From positions 5,526 to 69,525 of the forward strand of contig JBHLRZ010000016.1 of assembly GCA_048882045.1 (NCBI GenBank): a DNA stretch of 64,000 nucleotides. The letters are read 5' to 3'. The notes beneath the pieces are model-generated. The model saw only the letters and a program-made list of their open reading frames with translations. It searched no databases and was not told where the DNA came from. Numbering within the stretch: the first letter of the stretch is position 1; the number at the start of each line of letters is the position of its first letter. Both the position numbers and the translations under genes were made by a program. This stretch comes from Candidatus Thorarchaeota archaeon. GTDB lineage: Archaea; Asgardarchaeota; Thorarchaeia; Thorarchaeales; Thorarchaeaceae. This document shows positions 18,492 to 28,267 of the stretch, in pieces.

Positions 18492-20890
18492 CAGATTGAG
18501 TGCTCCGTTCTAGTGATTATCTCTTCTTGTAATTCTCTGCCGACTTGCGTAAAGAATGCATTGTATCCGGTCACTCGCACCATAAGATTGGAATAGGCAT
18601 CAGGGTTCTTCTGTGCTTCACGGAGAGTTTCTGAATTAATCACATTGATCTGCAACGCAGTTCCTCCGACCTCGTTGCATGCTCTAAGCAATGCAGCAAG
18701 TTTCTCAATATGCTCCGGAGTCTTTAACATCGAGGGACTGAGTGTTATGGTTTGCGAGGCTCCATTTGGTACAGTTTTAAGATTCAGTTTTCCAACAGAA
18801 CGGATAGAAGCTGTTGGTCCAGAAGAATCCATACCTTGTACTGCACCTACACCCCCGGAGAGGAATTCACCACGACGTCGCCCATCAGGTGTTGCCGCAG
18901 TCAGAGGGCCTAGTGGAATAAAATAGTTCCAAGATAGATAACCAGCTCGATATTTCCGTCCTGTGTATGGATTTTCATGCTTAATAGCTTCCTCCGCCCA
19001 GTAGACAGATAGTTCTCGTGCGATATCATCAACATAATCATCATCATTTCCGAACTTAGGAGCCTTAGATCTTAGCAATTGACGAATCTCCTCAAAGCCC
19101 TCAAAGTTGGAGTCTAAGGCTTCAAGTAAGACCTTCATTTCGATCCTTTTTTCCTCAAAGACTAGCTTCTTCACAGCAGCTACCGAATCTGCAAGAGTTG
19201 CGATACCCATTCCTTCAATTGTGTTGAAATTCCAGGTTGTTCCACCCTCATTAACATCCTTTCCGTTCTGCGCGCAATCATCCATTAGTGAACTGAGGTA
19301 TGGAACCGGTTGATACTTCGCACGAAGTGTGTCAACCATATTTCCAACATCAATATGTAGCTTGATGAGTGCCTTGAGCTGTGTTTTGACTGCATCCATG
19401 AATAAGTCAAATGAAGAGAAATTCAAAGGAGCACCGGTTTTTGGACCAAATTGCTCCCCTGAAGCCGCATCCCGCCCGTCGTGCAGTGCTAATTCTACTG
19501 CCTTAGCCAGATTGATGTTCACGTCAACTGTGTCGGAACGGTCATTTCCCTGCAGGGTATTCTCCAAACATCCAACGATACCATAGTTCCATGCCTCGTC
19601 TCGAGGGATACCCTGCCAGACCAGTCCCTCAATACTATGTTCATCAAAGTTCAGTAGGAAAGGAGATCCTTGAGATCTTGAAACCATCTCAGAAACTCGA
19701 ATCATGAGGTCCTGAGGTGTATTCTTGTGTATGCGAATGTTTGGTTTTGGTTCAAAGAGGTTCATCTCCTCAATTACCTCAAGTGCTAGCCAAGTAAGAT
19801 CATTCGTTAGATCTTCTCCATTAGGACCACAGCCACTAAGAGTGATGAGTTGTCCAAAACTCGAATTGATTCCCTGATTGATGCCCAAGCGTCCTTGGTA
19901 GTCATAGACATAGTTGTGTTTGATCCAGTAACACTGTAGAAGTTCTTTTGCTTCGTTTCGTGTCAGGATTCCTTCATCAAGGTCTTTTTTGTAAAATGGA
20001 TACATATACTGGTCCCAACGACCGTGAGATAGTCCAGCTCCAGGATAGGACTCAGCAGCCATAACAAGCATATGAACAATCCAGAGTGATTGCAAGGCTT
20101 CCCAGAAGGTTGTGGGTGGTTCCCAAGGGACTCTTTTGCATATCGCCGCAATATTCTGAAGCTCCTTTTTCCGAGTAGTATCCTGCTCGATGTCAGCAAT
20201 CTCTTGTGCTTTCTTAGAATAACGCAGTCCAACTTCTTTTGCTGTTTCACAACCGAGAATCAGTGCCTCAATGAACTCTCGATGTTCTAGGGTGATATCG
20301 CCTTTGAGCAACTCATGATATTCTTCAGCTAAACCTCTCATGCCAATTTTCATCACTTTTGCATAATTAGGAATAAGATGACCAGGAATACTGGACGCGG
20401 TTCCAATTCCATGATCGTTCATTCTGGAAACTTCATCGAACCACTTTTTCATTCCCTTATTCCGTGCAGCTGTTTCTTTCTTGCTGAGTGTCCGAGATAG
20501 GGCTGTGTTGAAGTTGAATCCAACAATCAGCTCTCCATCTAAGATGATTATTGGCATATATTTGGTCATTACTTCATTGAAGAAAACTGCACGTCTCATA
20601 ACGAGTCCATGATTCCAGAAGTTCTCTGGCAGTTCGACCTTAATAGCCATCGCTTTCAGGGTCTGATCGACAGAATTCAAGAATGGGTAGAGGGCTGGTT
20701 CATTCGTCCAATCATGGACAGAATAGACTTCGTCCCACTCAGTACCTGTTGTGAATGAGTACGGTTCATTCGTATCTTCTCGGTCATGAAATGAATAGAA
20801 GTGGTCTCTCAGTTTCTTGACACGAGGAGAGAGGTTCTCAGAGGGCGACCAGATTTTTACAGGAGATGCTTTCTTTTGATCAACAGTCAA
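18491..20890 (-). CDS. Glycyl-radical enzyme (PFL-like/PFL2 superfamily), substrate unknown
   Basis: GRWDQY, single-Cys loop VGCLE, APKFGNDD, ATPDGRR, C-terminal RVTGYNAFF glycyl motif. Confidence 0.93.
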   Translation of the reverse strand: MTVDQKKASPVKIWSPSENLSPRVKKLRDHFYSFHDREDTNEPYSFTTGTEWDEVYSVHDWTNEPALYPFLNSVDQTLKAMAIKVELPENFWNHGLVMRRAVFFNEVMTKYMPIIILDGELIVGFNFNTALSRTLSKKETAARNKGMKKWFDEVSRMNDHGIGTASSIPGHLIPNYAKVMKIGMRGLAEEYHELLKGDITLEHREFIEALILGCETAKEVGLRYSKKAQEIADIEQDTTRKKELQNIAAICKRVPWEPPTTFWEALQSLWIVHMLVMAAESYPGAGLSHGRWDQYMYPFYKKDLDEGILTRNEAKELLQCYWIKHNYVYDYQGRLGINQGINSSFGQLITLSGCGPNGEDLTNDLTWLALEVIEEMNLFEPKPNIRIHKNTPQDLMIRVSEMVSRSQGSPFLLNFDEHSIEGLVWQGIPRDEAWNYGIVGCLENTLQGNDRSDTVDVNINLAKAVELALHDGRDAASGEQFGPKTGAPLNFSSFDLFMDAVKTQLKALIKLHIDVGNMVDTLRAKYQPVPYLSSLMDDCAQNGKDVNEGGTTWNFNTIEGMGIATLADSVAAVKKLVFEEKRIEMKVLLEALDSNFEGFEEIRQLLRSKAPKFGNDDDYVDDIARELSVYWAEEAIKHENPYTGRKYRAGYLSWNYFIPLGPLTAATPDGRRRGEFLSGGVGAVQGMDSSGPTASIRSVGKLNLKTVPNGASQTITLSPSMLKTPEHIEKLAALLRACNEVGGTALQINVINSETLREAQKNPDAYSNLMVRVTGYNAFFTQVGRELQEEIITRTEHSI

Positions 20891-20963
20891 AGGTTACACC
20901 GCATTTCAAAGGCTTAGTGTCCAATGGAAATGCGTCTTAAAAGATTACATATTCTGATAGAAT

Positions 20964-21278
20964 GTGACCAAATTGAGAAGTTCTTTTAAGAAATTATGGA
21001 GAGATAGGAGCGAGGAGTTTCGATTGACGGGTGAAGGTTCCGCGATATCTGGATCTGAAAACGAAGGACCATTAATGGTTGGTGCTGGTTTCTTCTTACT
21101 CATGATATCCTTGGCATGCTCAATAGGAATAGGGACTAGTGCACTGATTACATCACCATATGTAAGCGCCTCACTTGTCAGCGCTAGCTACTTCTTGGGT
21201 CTCTTGTTTTCCGCACCTCTAGGAGGGTATCTCTTTGGTAAAGGATTCCTTCTCATTCTGAGAAAATCAAGAAGCTGA
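20964..21278 (+). CDS. Small hypothetical membrane protein (2 TM)
   Basis: 104-aa ORF filling the gap, two hydrophobic helices. Confidence 0.55.
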   Translation: MTKLRSSFKKLWRDRSEEFRLTGEGSAISGSENEGPLMVGAGFFLLMISLACSIGIGTSALITSPYVSASLVSASYFLGLLFSAPLGGYLFGKGFLLILRKSRS

Positions 21279-21378
21279 AACGTACGACCGTGCAACTGGC
21301 GCTAGCCTTAAAAGCAGTCCCAGTCCTCTGGCCCCATCCGCCCGAATAGAGATTACTGGGTATCAGGAAGGCTCGAGA

Positions 21379-23535
21379 ATGAATAGAACGAGTAAATTGT
21401 TTGCGCTCCTAGTTGTTACAATGATGTTTGTGGGAGTTGCACAGACTCATATGCAAGCATCAATTGCCAGTCATGAAGCCCTGATTACACCAACTGAGAG
21501 TTTTTCATTTTCAGGATATGATTCCACCCACATCACAGTAGTTCACAACAGTCCCGTGAATGGGAGCACTCAGTACGGTACATTCAATATCAACGTAGAC
21601 ACAACATCAGATTACGGGTCCCTGAACCTCACACTCTATGTAGAAGGCATAATATATAGTGGCCACGATCATGAAAACTTGACAGATGGAAATCACGACA
21701 TCTCAGTTGATTCAACACTTCTTGCAGAGGGAATGCTAAACTTCACACTATTGTTTGAATACATGGTAGAGAAAGAGTCCGTATATCTGCTGTACTTCAT
21801 AGACAACGATGGTGTGAACCTCGAGTTTGACCTATATTCTCCTGTGAACGGATCAACAATCAGTGGCGTGGTCAGCATTAATATCAATGCAACTCATGAC
21901 TTTGGAAATCTCAACATGACAGTCCTGGTTGACGGTTTTGCTCAGTCCCCCTATGATCCATCTCTCATCCCTTCAGGTGATACGAGCATCATCATCGATA
22001 CTAGCTCCCTATGGGAAGGTTATAACAACTTCACCTTGCTCTTCGAGTACGATTTCCTTGCAACGACATTTCAGGATGTCGTATATCTCGAGTATCTGGT
22101 TGATAACGATGGTGAACCAATAACCATTGACCATCAGTCGCCCGCTTATGGAGCAGAGGTTTCTGGAATCTTTGATCTTGTCCTCCTGATTGGTTCTGAA
22201 TATGATCCGCTTAACCTCACACTCTATGTCGAAGGTGTAGTTCAATCAGATTACAATGACACGATAATCGGAATACGAGAACAGACCATCGCCATAAACA
22301 CAACTGGTCTCGATGAAGGACTGTTGAACTTCACACTTGTCTTCGAATACAATGTGACAGGCGAGAATGCGAGAGCAGAATACTTTGTTGAATTCGTAGT
22401 AAACAATCACGGTGCTCCAGGATTGGTCATTCTAGGACCTGCAGAATCTGAAACCGTGACTGGCTTGACAGATTTATGGTTGAATATCACTTCGACCCTT
22501 GATGAGGTCTATCTGAACGTAACAGTCGATGGCGTGATAGCACCAGAGTTCAATGGGACACTGGTCTATGTGGGAGCAAATAACTACACATTGAACACCA
22601 GTCGATATGAGAATGGAGACCACTTAATCGCAGTCACAGTTTATACCGCTGAAGGTGAGAATGTAACAATCGAGCGAGAGTTAAGCTTCTTGGATTATGT
22701 GCGAGTCTATGTATCAGAGCTTTCATCATTCAACGAAGTTTCCGGCAACCAAGAAATCAAGCTGAGACTAGCAACACCTTATGACAATGCTACTCTATCA
22801 CTTTATATCAATGGGATTTTGACTGAGGTTGAAAATACGACACTTTATCCGGGATTGAACTCAATTTTCGTGAATACAACAGTATTTGATGAAGGGGAAG
22901 CGATTTTCAAATTTATCGTGTATGATGCGTTTGGACACTCCTGGACATACCAAATGACACTAATCATTGATAACCACGGACCAGTAATACTCAGATTTGG
23001 AACCCGAGATGCTGTCGTTATCGGAGTTGCTCTGTTCGAAATCGAAGTAGATACAGAATTGAGTGCAGCGTATTTCTCTGTATACGTTGACGACGTACTG
23101 ATGAGCCGGTATGTAAACCAATCAGTGGTTTTTTCCGGAGATTCATTTACCTTCACAATAGACGTTGGCAACTTCACCAAGGATCAACATGTTGTCAAGA
23201 TTGTTATGTATACAGAAGAGGGTGAAAGATCAGAGGTGGAAAGAACATTCGGATTTGCTACTCTCAGGATTGAAGAGATGGTGAGTGGACTCATTCTACT
23301 GGGAGTTGCTTTTCTGATTCCACTCTATAGATGGAGAAAAGGACAGCCACTTCGTCCGGTCATCATTGTAGACATCATCTTCTTCTTGGTAGTTGCCCTT
23401 GCCTTCGTTTTCCTAGGTATTACGACGGTACCATTCCTGATATGGCATGTCAACCTCCCAAGTATTTGGGCTATAGGGGGAACCCTAGTGTTTACAAACT
23501 GGGTCTTACCCATCATAACGACGGAAGAAGAGTAG
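21379..23535 (+). CDS. Secreted surface glycoprotein with about 6 tandem Ig-like repeats and a C-terminal 3-TM anchor
   Basis: Signal peptide; about 100-aa repeats (SPVNGST...LNLTLYVEG...LNFTLLFEY...DND); many NxS/T sequons. Confidence 0.85.
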   Translation: MNRTSKLFALLVVTMMFVGVAQTHMQASIASHEALITPTESFSFSGYDSTHITVVHNSPVNGSTQYGTFNINVDTTSDYGSLNLTLYVEGIIYSGHDHENLTDGNHDISVDSTLLAEGMLNFTLLFEYMVEKESVYLLYFIDNDGVNLEFDLYSPVNGSTISGVVSININATHDFGNLNMTVLVDGFAQSPYDPSLIPSGDTSIIIDTSSLWEGYNNFTLLFEYDFLATTFQDVVYLEYLVDNDGEPITIDHQSPAYGAEVSGIFDLVLLIGSEYDPLNLTLYVEGVVQSDYNDTIIGIREQTIAINTTGLDEGLLNFTLVFEYNVTGENARAEYFVEFVVNNHGAPGLVILGPAESETVTGLTDLWLNITSTLDEVYLNVTVDGVIAPEFNGTLVYVGANNYTLNTSRYENGDHLIAVTVYTAEGENVTIERELSFLDYVRVYVSELSSFNEVSGNQEIKLRLATPYDNATLSLYINGILTEVENTTLYPGLNSIFVNTTVFDEGEAIFKFIVYDAFGHSWTYQMTLIIDNHGPVILRFGTRDAVVIGVALFEIEVDTELSAAYFSVYVDDVLMSRYVNQSVVFSGDSFTFTIDVGNFTKDQHVVKIVMYTEEGERSEVERTFGFATLRIEEMVSGLILLGVAFLIPLYRWRKGQPLRPVIIVDIIFFLVVALAFVFLGITTVPFLIWHVNLPSIWAIGGTLVFTNWVLPIITTEEE

Positions 23536-23538
23536 CCT

Positions 23539-24420
23539 TCAGAGCAGTCGTGTGACTGGAATATCTGTAGATGTTTCGGACTTCCACTTGACAAGTGAAT
23601 TAAAGACGATAAGTTGATCCTTCGGAATTATGGATCTAACAGTCTTTGGCGACCAAGTGGAGGAGGCATTTACAGTCCGTGAAACGATAACATCAGCATA
23701 CTCTAATCCTTTCTTCGTGACATCGGCCGCAAACAAGGCCATCTTGGAGTTCTCATTTGTAATGACTCCTACACCAATCAGTCGATCTTCTGATGTGAAC
23801 TCCATTAGCTTTCCGGGAAGCTCACCTGAAATTACTCTCGATGCCAATTCAGCGAGTGATCCAGGGTATGCGATATGTGAGAACCGCATTGATTTGGGTA
23901 GCTTAGTCACACCTTTTAGAGTGACAGTTTTGACTTTTGTTGTCTTCTTTGCAGGAATTCTTGCAAGAGGTAATTGGATGTTCAGAATAGAACCTCGCGC
24001 AAAGTATTGCACCTTCATCCAGTAGTTATAAGCTGCAGGTGGGGTTGTTGCTACCACGCGAACCACACGTTTCTTCCGAAGCACAGCTTCAGCCGCTCGG
24101 GTCAGCTTTGTCCCTATTGTAGTTTTCTGGTTTCGCACATCGATGTCTAGATTCCTGATTATTCCGACTCTTCCAGAGATTGGATTCCTTTCATATCTGA
24201 AGACAATCTCACCAACGACCCTACCTCGTTCCTCAGCAACAAGCCATCCCCACCTCTCAAAGGCTGCACCTCGATGCTCATCTTTTACTTGCTCTAGAGT
24301 TTTATACCCTCCATCTCGGACTCGGTGAAACCATCGCGTGCCCTGATATACTTCAAGCAAATCCTTGCAGTCTTTCATGGCACCCTGTCGAATAGTAACC
24401 ATTCCTAGAAACCTCTGACA
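23539..24420 (-). CDS. GNAT-domain protein (probably tandem GNAT fold); start uncertain
   Basis: WLVAEERGRVVGEI, QKTTIGTKLTRAAE. Confidence 0.7.
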   Translation of the reverse strand, partial: CQRFLGMVTIRQGAMKDCKDLLEVYQGTRWFHRVRDGGYKTLEQVKDEHRGAAFERWGWLVAEERGRVVGEIVFRYERNPISGRVGIIRNLDIDVRNQKTTIGTKLTRAAEAVLRKKRVVRVVATTPPAAYNYWMKVQYFARGSILNIQLPLARIPAKKTTKVKTVTLKGVTKLPKSMRFSHIAYPGSLAELASRVISGELPGKLMEFTSEDRLIGVGVITNENSKMALFAADVTKKGLEYADVIVSRTVNASSTWSPKTVRSIIPKDQLIVFNSLVKWKSETSTDIPVTRLL

Positions 24421-24474
24421 AGAGTCAAATGCATGTGAGCAAGATAAAATGCTGTATGACAAGATATTGTGTTT

Positions 24475-25401
24475 CTAGAGAGTATCACTCAGTTTCAGAG
24501 TTCGTTCACTGACCTCTTTCGCACTAGGTCCAAACAGATAGAGGATGGGTTCTACACTGTATCCACCTGGAACATGTATTGCAGGATAGGCAGTCCTCTT
24601 TCCTGGCAGTTGCTTCACACTCATGAGCGACCTTGTAATCCTACTCGAAGAAGTTTCAGACTCCGCGATAGGAACAACATTAAATCCGACCTTGCGAGCA
24701 TTCTGGACCACATCTTCTCTTCCACTAACACAAAGACAGGATCGAACACGTGTCCATGTTTGCTTGGCATACAACAAAATTTCAGCAGTATGACTTGAAG
24801 CTCCAAACTGTGGACTGATTAGGGCCCTTGCATATCCATCTATGACAGTGATTCGTCCAGGTACACCGGCAACATCTTCGACTGTTTCAGCCTGCTTGTC
24901 GCATACGACAAAATTGGCCCGCACTTGAGGAACTATCTTTTCAAAGGTGGCAGAGAGCTCAATTATCCCTAGAGCATCGAGCATATCACTGATAACCGTC
25001 GCGCGGCCAGCTAGATGGTCATCCTTTCCTCCTAGCAATGACGAACATATCTGGCAATTCACAGCCTTGAGAGATGGAACCTGCTTCTGATGCATCTCAC
25101 ATAAAACAGACCCGATTCGCGAACGCATACAGGATGAACATATCTCTCGAACGACTTGGTCTTGAGATGACTCGCCAGATTTGAGCATCTCTGTGAGTCT
25201 TTCTGAGAGGTGAGATATCTCGTCTGCGAGTTTCGTCTTTGTTACTGGTTGATTGAGGTATTTGCTGACCGCAGCCTGTGTCAAATCCATCTTCGAAGCG
25301 ATTTCGGTCTGTGAGAATCCTTCCTTTCGGAGAGACCTAGCAACGAATACTCTCACGGTTCTGAGGAAATCTCTCTGGACAGTTTCACACGGTGGCCTCA
25401 T
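24475..25401 (-). CDS. thiR: ThiR thiamine-responsive transcription regulator (HTH + ThiN-like domain)
   Basis: MRPPCE, SQTEIASKMDLTQAAVSKY HTH, VPQVRAN, GVPGRI, FGASSH, EPILYLFG; divergent from the thiamine ABC genes. Confidence 0.88.
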   Translation of the reverse strand: MRPPCETVQRDFLRTVRVFVARSLRKEGFSQTEIASKMDLTQAAVSKYLNQPVTKTKLADEISHLSERLTEMLKSGESSQDQVVREICSSCMRSRIGSVLCEMHQKQVPSLKAVNCQICSSLLGGKDDHLAGRATVISDMLDALGIIELSATFEKIVPQVRANFVVCDKQAETVEDVAGVPGRITVIDGYARALISPQFGASSHTAEILLYAKQTWTRVRSCLCVSGREDVVQNARKVGFNVVPIAESETSSSRITRSLMSVKQLPGKRTAYPAIHVPGGYSVEPILYLFGPSAKEVSERTLKLSDTL

Positions 25402-25414
25402 ACTAAATCACCAT

Positions 25415-25449
25415 TTCTTATAACACAGTTATAATAACCGTTATAAGAA
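25415..25449. promoter_or_regulatory. Candidate ThiR operator (nested palindromes) in the divergent promoter
   Basis: TTCTTATAAC (25415-24) / GTTATAAGAA (25440-49) perfect inverted repeat; internal TATAAC-ACA-GTTATA and ATAAC-C-GTTAT. Confidence 0.7.
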
Positions 25450-25481
25450 TGCTTGCATGGCTTCCTATTAGTGAAGGAATA

Positions 25482-26606
25482 ATGACAGAGTACCCAGTCA
25501 GAAGAGACCCCCGCAAGATGATAGCTGCAGTATCAATCGTCGTCGTGTTGGCAATAGCGACATATGCAGTGGTAACTTGGTGGAAACCAAGGTTTGTTGT
25601 CTATACATACAGTAGTTTCCTCGACTGGGGAGATGAAGGAGCGGACGTTGTGCTTCAAAGGGCTTTTGCTCCCTTCGAAGCGAAATATGGAGTGGATGTT
25701 GATATCATTCTACTTGATGCCGATGCAAATGGGATCATAGCCAAGTTAATTGCCGAATCATCAAATCCTGTTGCAGATGTTGTGATTGGGATAGACAACA
25801 TTCTCATCCTTCAGGAAGAGGCGAGGAGTGTTTTAGAACCATATGAATCACCCAGCCTCAGTTTCATCAATGAATCGTTAGTCAATGCTCTTGATCCAGA
25901 CCACTATCTAACACCCTTTGACTTTGGCCTTGTTACTCTCATCTACTCGACAACTACGATAAATACTACAACACATCCTCAACTGGGAAATCTGACGTTT
26001 GCTGACCTCGCAACACCCGAACTTGCCTCAGCATTAGTAACAGAGAATCCCAACTTAAGTAGTCCCGGACTGGCTTTCTTGCTCTCGCAGATTGCAGTTT
26101 ATGAAGAAATACTTCAAGAAGACTGGACTTCTTGGTGGGAAACTGTCAAGAATGACATCAATGTTCAACAGGGTTGGAGTGAAGCATGGTCTGTTTGGTC
26201 AGGAGACCCTACACGACACCTGCTTGTCAGCTATGGCACCGACCCAGCATATTCATCGAAATGGTTGAACGGTTCAGAACCAGACACACGAGTAGCTCCT
26301 TTCTATTACAATAATGAACCATGGGCATGGATGCAAGTTGAGGGAGCTGGGTTAGTCAAGAATGGCCCCAATCCAGAACTTGGCAAAGCCTTCATAGACT
26401 ATTGCCTCAACGCTACAGTTCAGATGGAGATTCCCCTGAATCAGTGGATGTTTCCAGTGAGGACAGACCTAACACTACCCAGTGTCTATCAATATGCTAT
26501 TCATCCAGATGAGATCAATGTTCTCAATGATTTGCTAAATGCGACCATAATAACAACCAACCTTGATACTTGGCTCAATCAATGGGACATAACAAGAATA
26601 CCGTAG
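25482..26606 (+). CDS. thiB: Thiamine ABC transporter substrate-binding protein
   Basis: VYTYSSF, ADVVIGIDN, SSPGLAFL, GWSEAW, VSYGTDPAY, QVEGAG, NQWMFP. Confidence 0.9.
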   Translation: MTEYPVRRDPRKMIAAVSIVVVLAIATYAVVTWWKPRFVVYTYSSFLDWGDEGADVVLQRAFAPFEAKYGVDVDIILLDADANGIIAKLIAESSNPVADVVIGIDNILILQEEARSVLEPYESPSLSFINESLVNALDPDHYLTPFDFGLVTLIYSTTTINTTTHPQLGNLTFADLATPELASALVTENPNLSSPGLAFLLSQIAVYEEILQEDWTSWWETVKNDINVQQGWSEAWSVWSGDPTRHLLVSYGTDPAYSSKWLNGSEPDTRVAPFYYNNEPWAWMQVEGAGLVKNGPNPELGKAFIDYCLNATVQMEIPLNQWMFPVRTDLTLPSVYQYAIHPDEINVLNDLLNATIITTNLDTWLNQWDITRIP

Positions 26607-26617
26607 GTGAGAAGCGA

Positions 26618-28267
26618 TTGGACAAGAGGATACTGACAAGATACGCAGTGTTAGCATTCCCAATCATTCTACTGCTTGTATTCATAATATATCCAGTACT
26701 AACTGTCATTGTTCAAGGACTGACCTCAAGTAGAAACTCCTCCTTCTTTGATGTAATATCATCACCTTGGATTCAATCTGGATTTCTGTTCACGTTTTAC
26801 CAAACAACCGTAAGTACTCTACTTGTCGTAGTTATAGGATTACCCGGAGCTTTCATGCTAGCTCGATTACGTTTCAAAGGGAAATCACTCGTTAGAGCCT
26901 TGATGGTTGTTCCATTTGTTCTTCCACCGATTGTTGTTGTAATTGGATTTAATCAGATGTTTGGTTCGTATGGAGTCATTGATTCAATTCTAATGTGGAT
27001 GCAATCCTCAAACGTATCGGTGTTCAATCTAGCCACTGGAGTTCCAGGAATCATCCTTGCACACACTTTCTACAACATCCCCTTGGTTATGCTGATGGTT
27101 TCCGCATCTCTTGAAAGATTGAATCCCGAGATTGAAGAAAGTGCTGAGCTCTTAGGTGCGACATCATTCCAAAGATCCAGGAAGATTACACTTCCACACA
27201 TCCTACCGTCCCTTCTTGCCGCAGCCATACTCACATTCCTCTTCTGTTTCATGTCATTTCCAATCATCCTTGCTTTTGGACAATGGAGATACCTTACCAT
27301 GGAAGCTCAGATTTGGAACGCATTCAGACACTTCGACTATCTTGAGGCGAGTTCCCTTACTCTGGTTCAGCTATTCATCACATTAACACTAGCAGTAGCA
27401 TATGTAAAACTGGGTGGTCAATCTAACGATGACACAGGACAGACTGCATCAATCAAGACTGTTGAATTCAATCAGTATCGTATGATAGAACGTGGTCTAA
27501 TCATAACCTATGTGGTTTTGATTCTGGTTCTAATAATCGGTCCTATAGTGACAATTGTCAGGGCGGCTGTCTACAACCCCAACAACGGAGCTTATACTCT
27601 TGATGGATTTGCGAATCTACTAATCGGTGGAAGTCAAGGAGGTTTCACTCATCTGATCAACTCTCTTTTCTATTCATTCTTGGCGACACTCTTCGCAATC
27701 ATTCTTGGAATTCCTCTTGCTCTGGCGATGCGGTCAAGATCGAAGACGATTCCAACATTAGCATCAATGATGATACTCCTCCCTTTAGGAGTATCATCAA
27801 TCAGTGTTGCATACGGTCTTATGCTGACAATAGCGGTTCCAACTGGACTTGTGATAAATCCTTGGCCAATAATCGTAATCGCGCAAACGATTATTGGATT
27901 ACCTTTCAGTGCACGAGCAATTGAGATTTCTATGAGGAATATCAACCCAGATCTTCTTGACCAAGCAGACTCCCTTGGCGCATCAAGGATTCAGAAACTC
28001 ATGTTTGTTGAACTACCGCTACTGGCTCCAGGCATCTTGGTGGGTGGTGTCTTTGCGTTCGCCATGGCAATTGGAGAAATGTCAGCAACTTATCTTATAG
28101 CCCTCCCACAGAACTACACACTGGCTGTTGCTATCTACACTAACTATGCTTCACGACACTTTGTGGAAGCAGGAGCAGCTGCTCTGATATTAGTAATGGT
28201 TTGCGTCATTGCATTTCTGCTAATGGAACGAATCTCAGAAGGAAGTACAACGAGTGGTGCGTTATAA
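26618..28267 (+). CDS. thiP: Thiamine ABC transporter permease
   Basis: Duplicated permease with EAA-type loops (EESAELLGA, DQADSLGA); AHTFYNIP. Confidence 0.9.
   Translation: MDKRILTRYAVLAFPIILLLVFIIYPVLTVIVQGLTSSRNSSFFDVISSPWIQSGFLFTFYQTTVSTLLVVVIGLPGAFMLARLRFKGKSLVRALMVVPFVLPPIVVVIGFNQMFGSYGVIDSILMWMQSSNVSVFNLATGVPGIILAHTFYNIPLVMLMVSASLERLNPEIEESAELLGATSFQRSRKITLPHILPSLLAAAILTFLFCFMSFPIILAFGQWRYLTMEAQIWNAFRHFDYLEASSLTLVQLFITLTLAVAYVKLGGQSNDDTGQTASIKTVEFNQYRMIERGLIITYVVLILVLIIGPIVTIVRAAVYNPNNGAYTLDGFANLLIGGSQGGFTHLINSLFYSFLATLFAIILGIPLALAMRSRSKTIPTLASMMILLPLGVSSISVAYGLMLTIAVPTGLVINPWPIIVIAQTIIGLPFSARAIEISMRNINPDLLDQADSLGASRIQKLMFVELPLLAPGILVGGVFAFAMAIGEMSATYLIALPQNYTLAVAIYTNYASRHFVEAGAAALILVMVCVIAFLLMERISEGSTTSGAL

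Noticed and set aside
18491-20890. Annotation as true pyruvate formate-lyase
   Set aside because: Single Cys (GCLE) instead of the adjacent Cys-Cys pair, and the activase has a ferredoxin insert unlike PflA.
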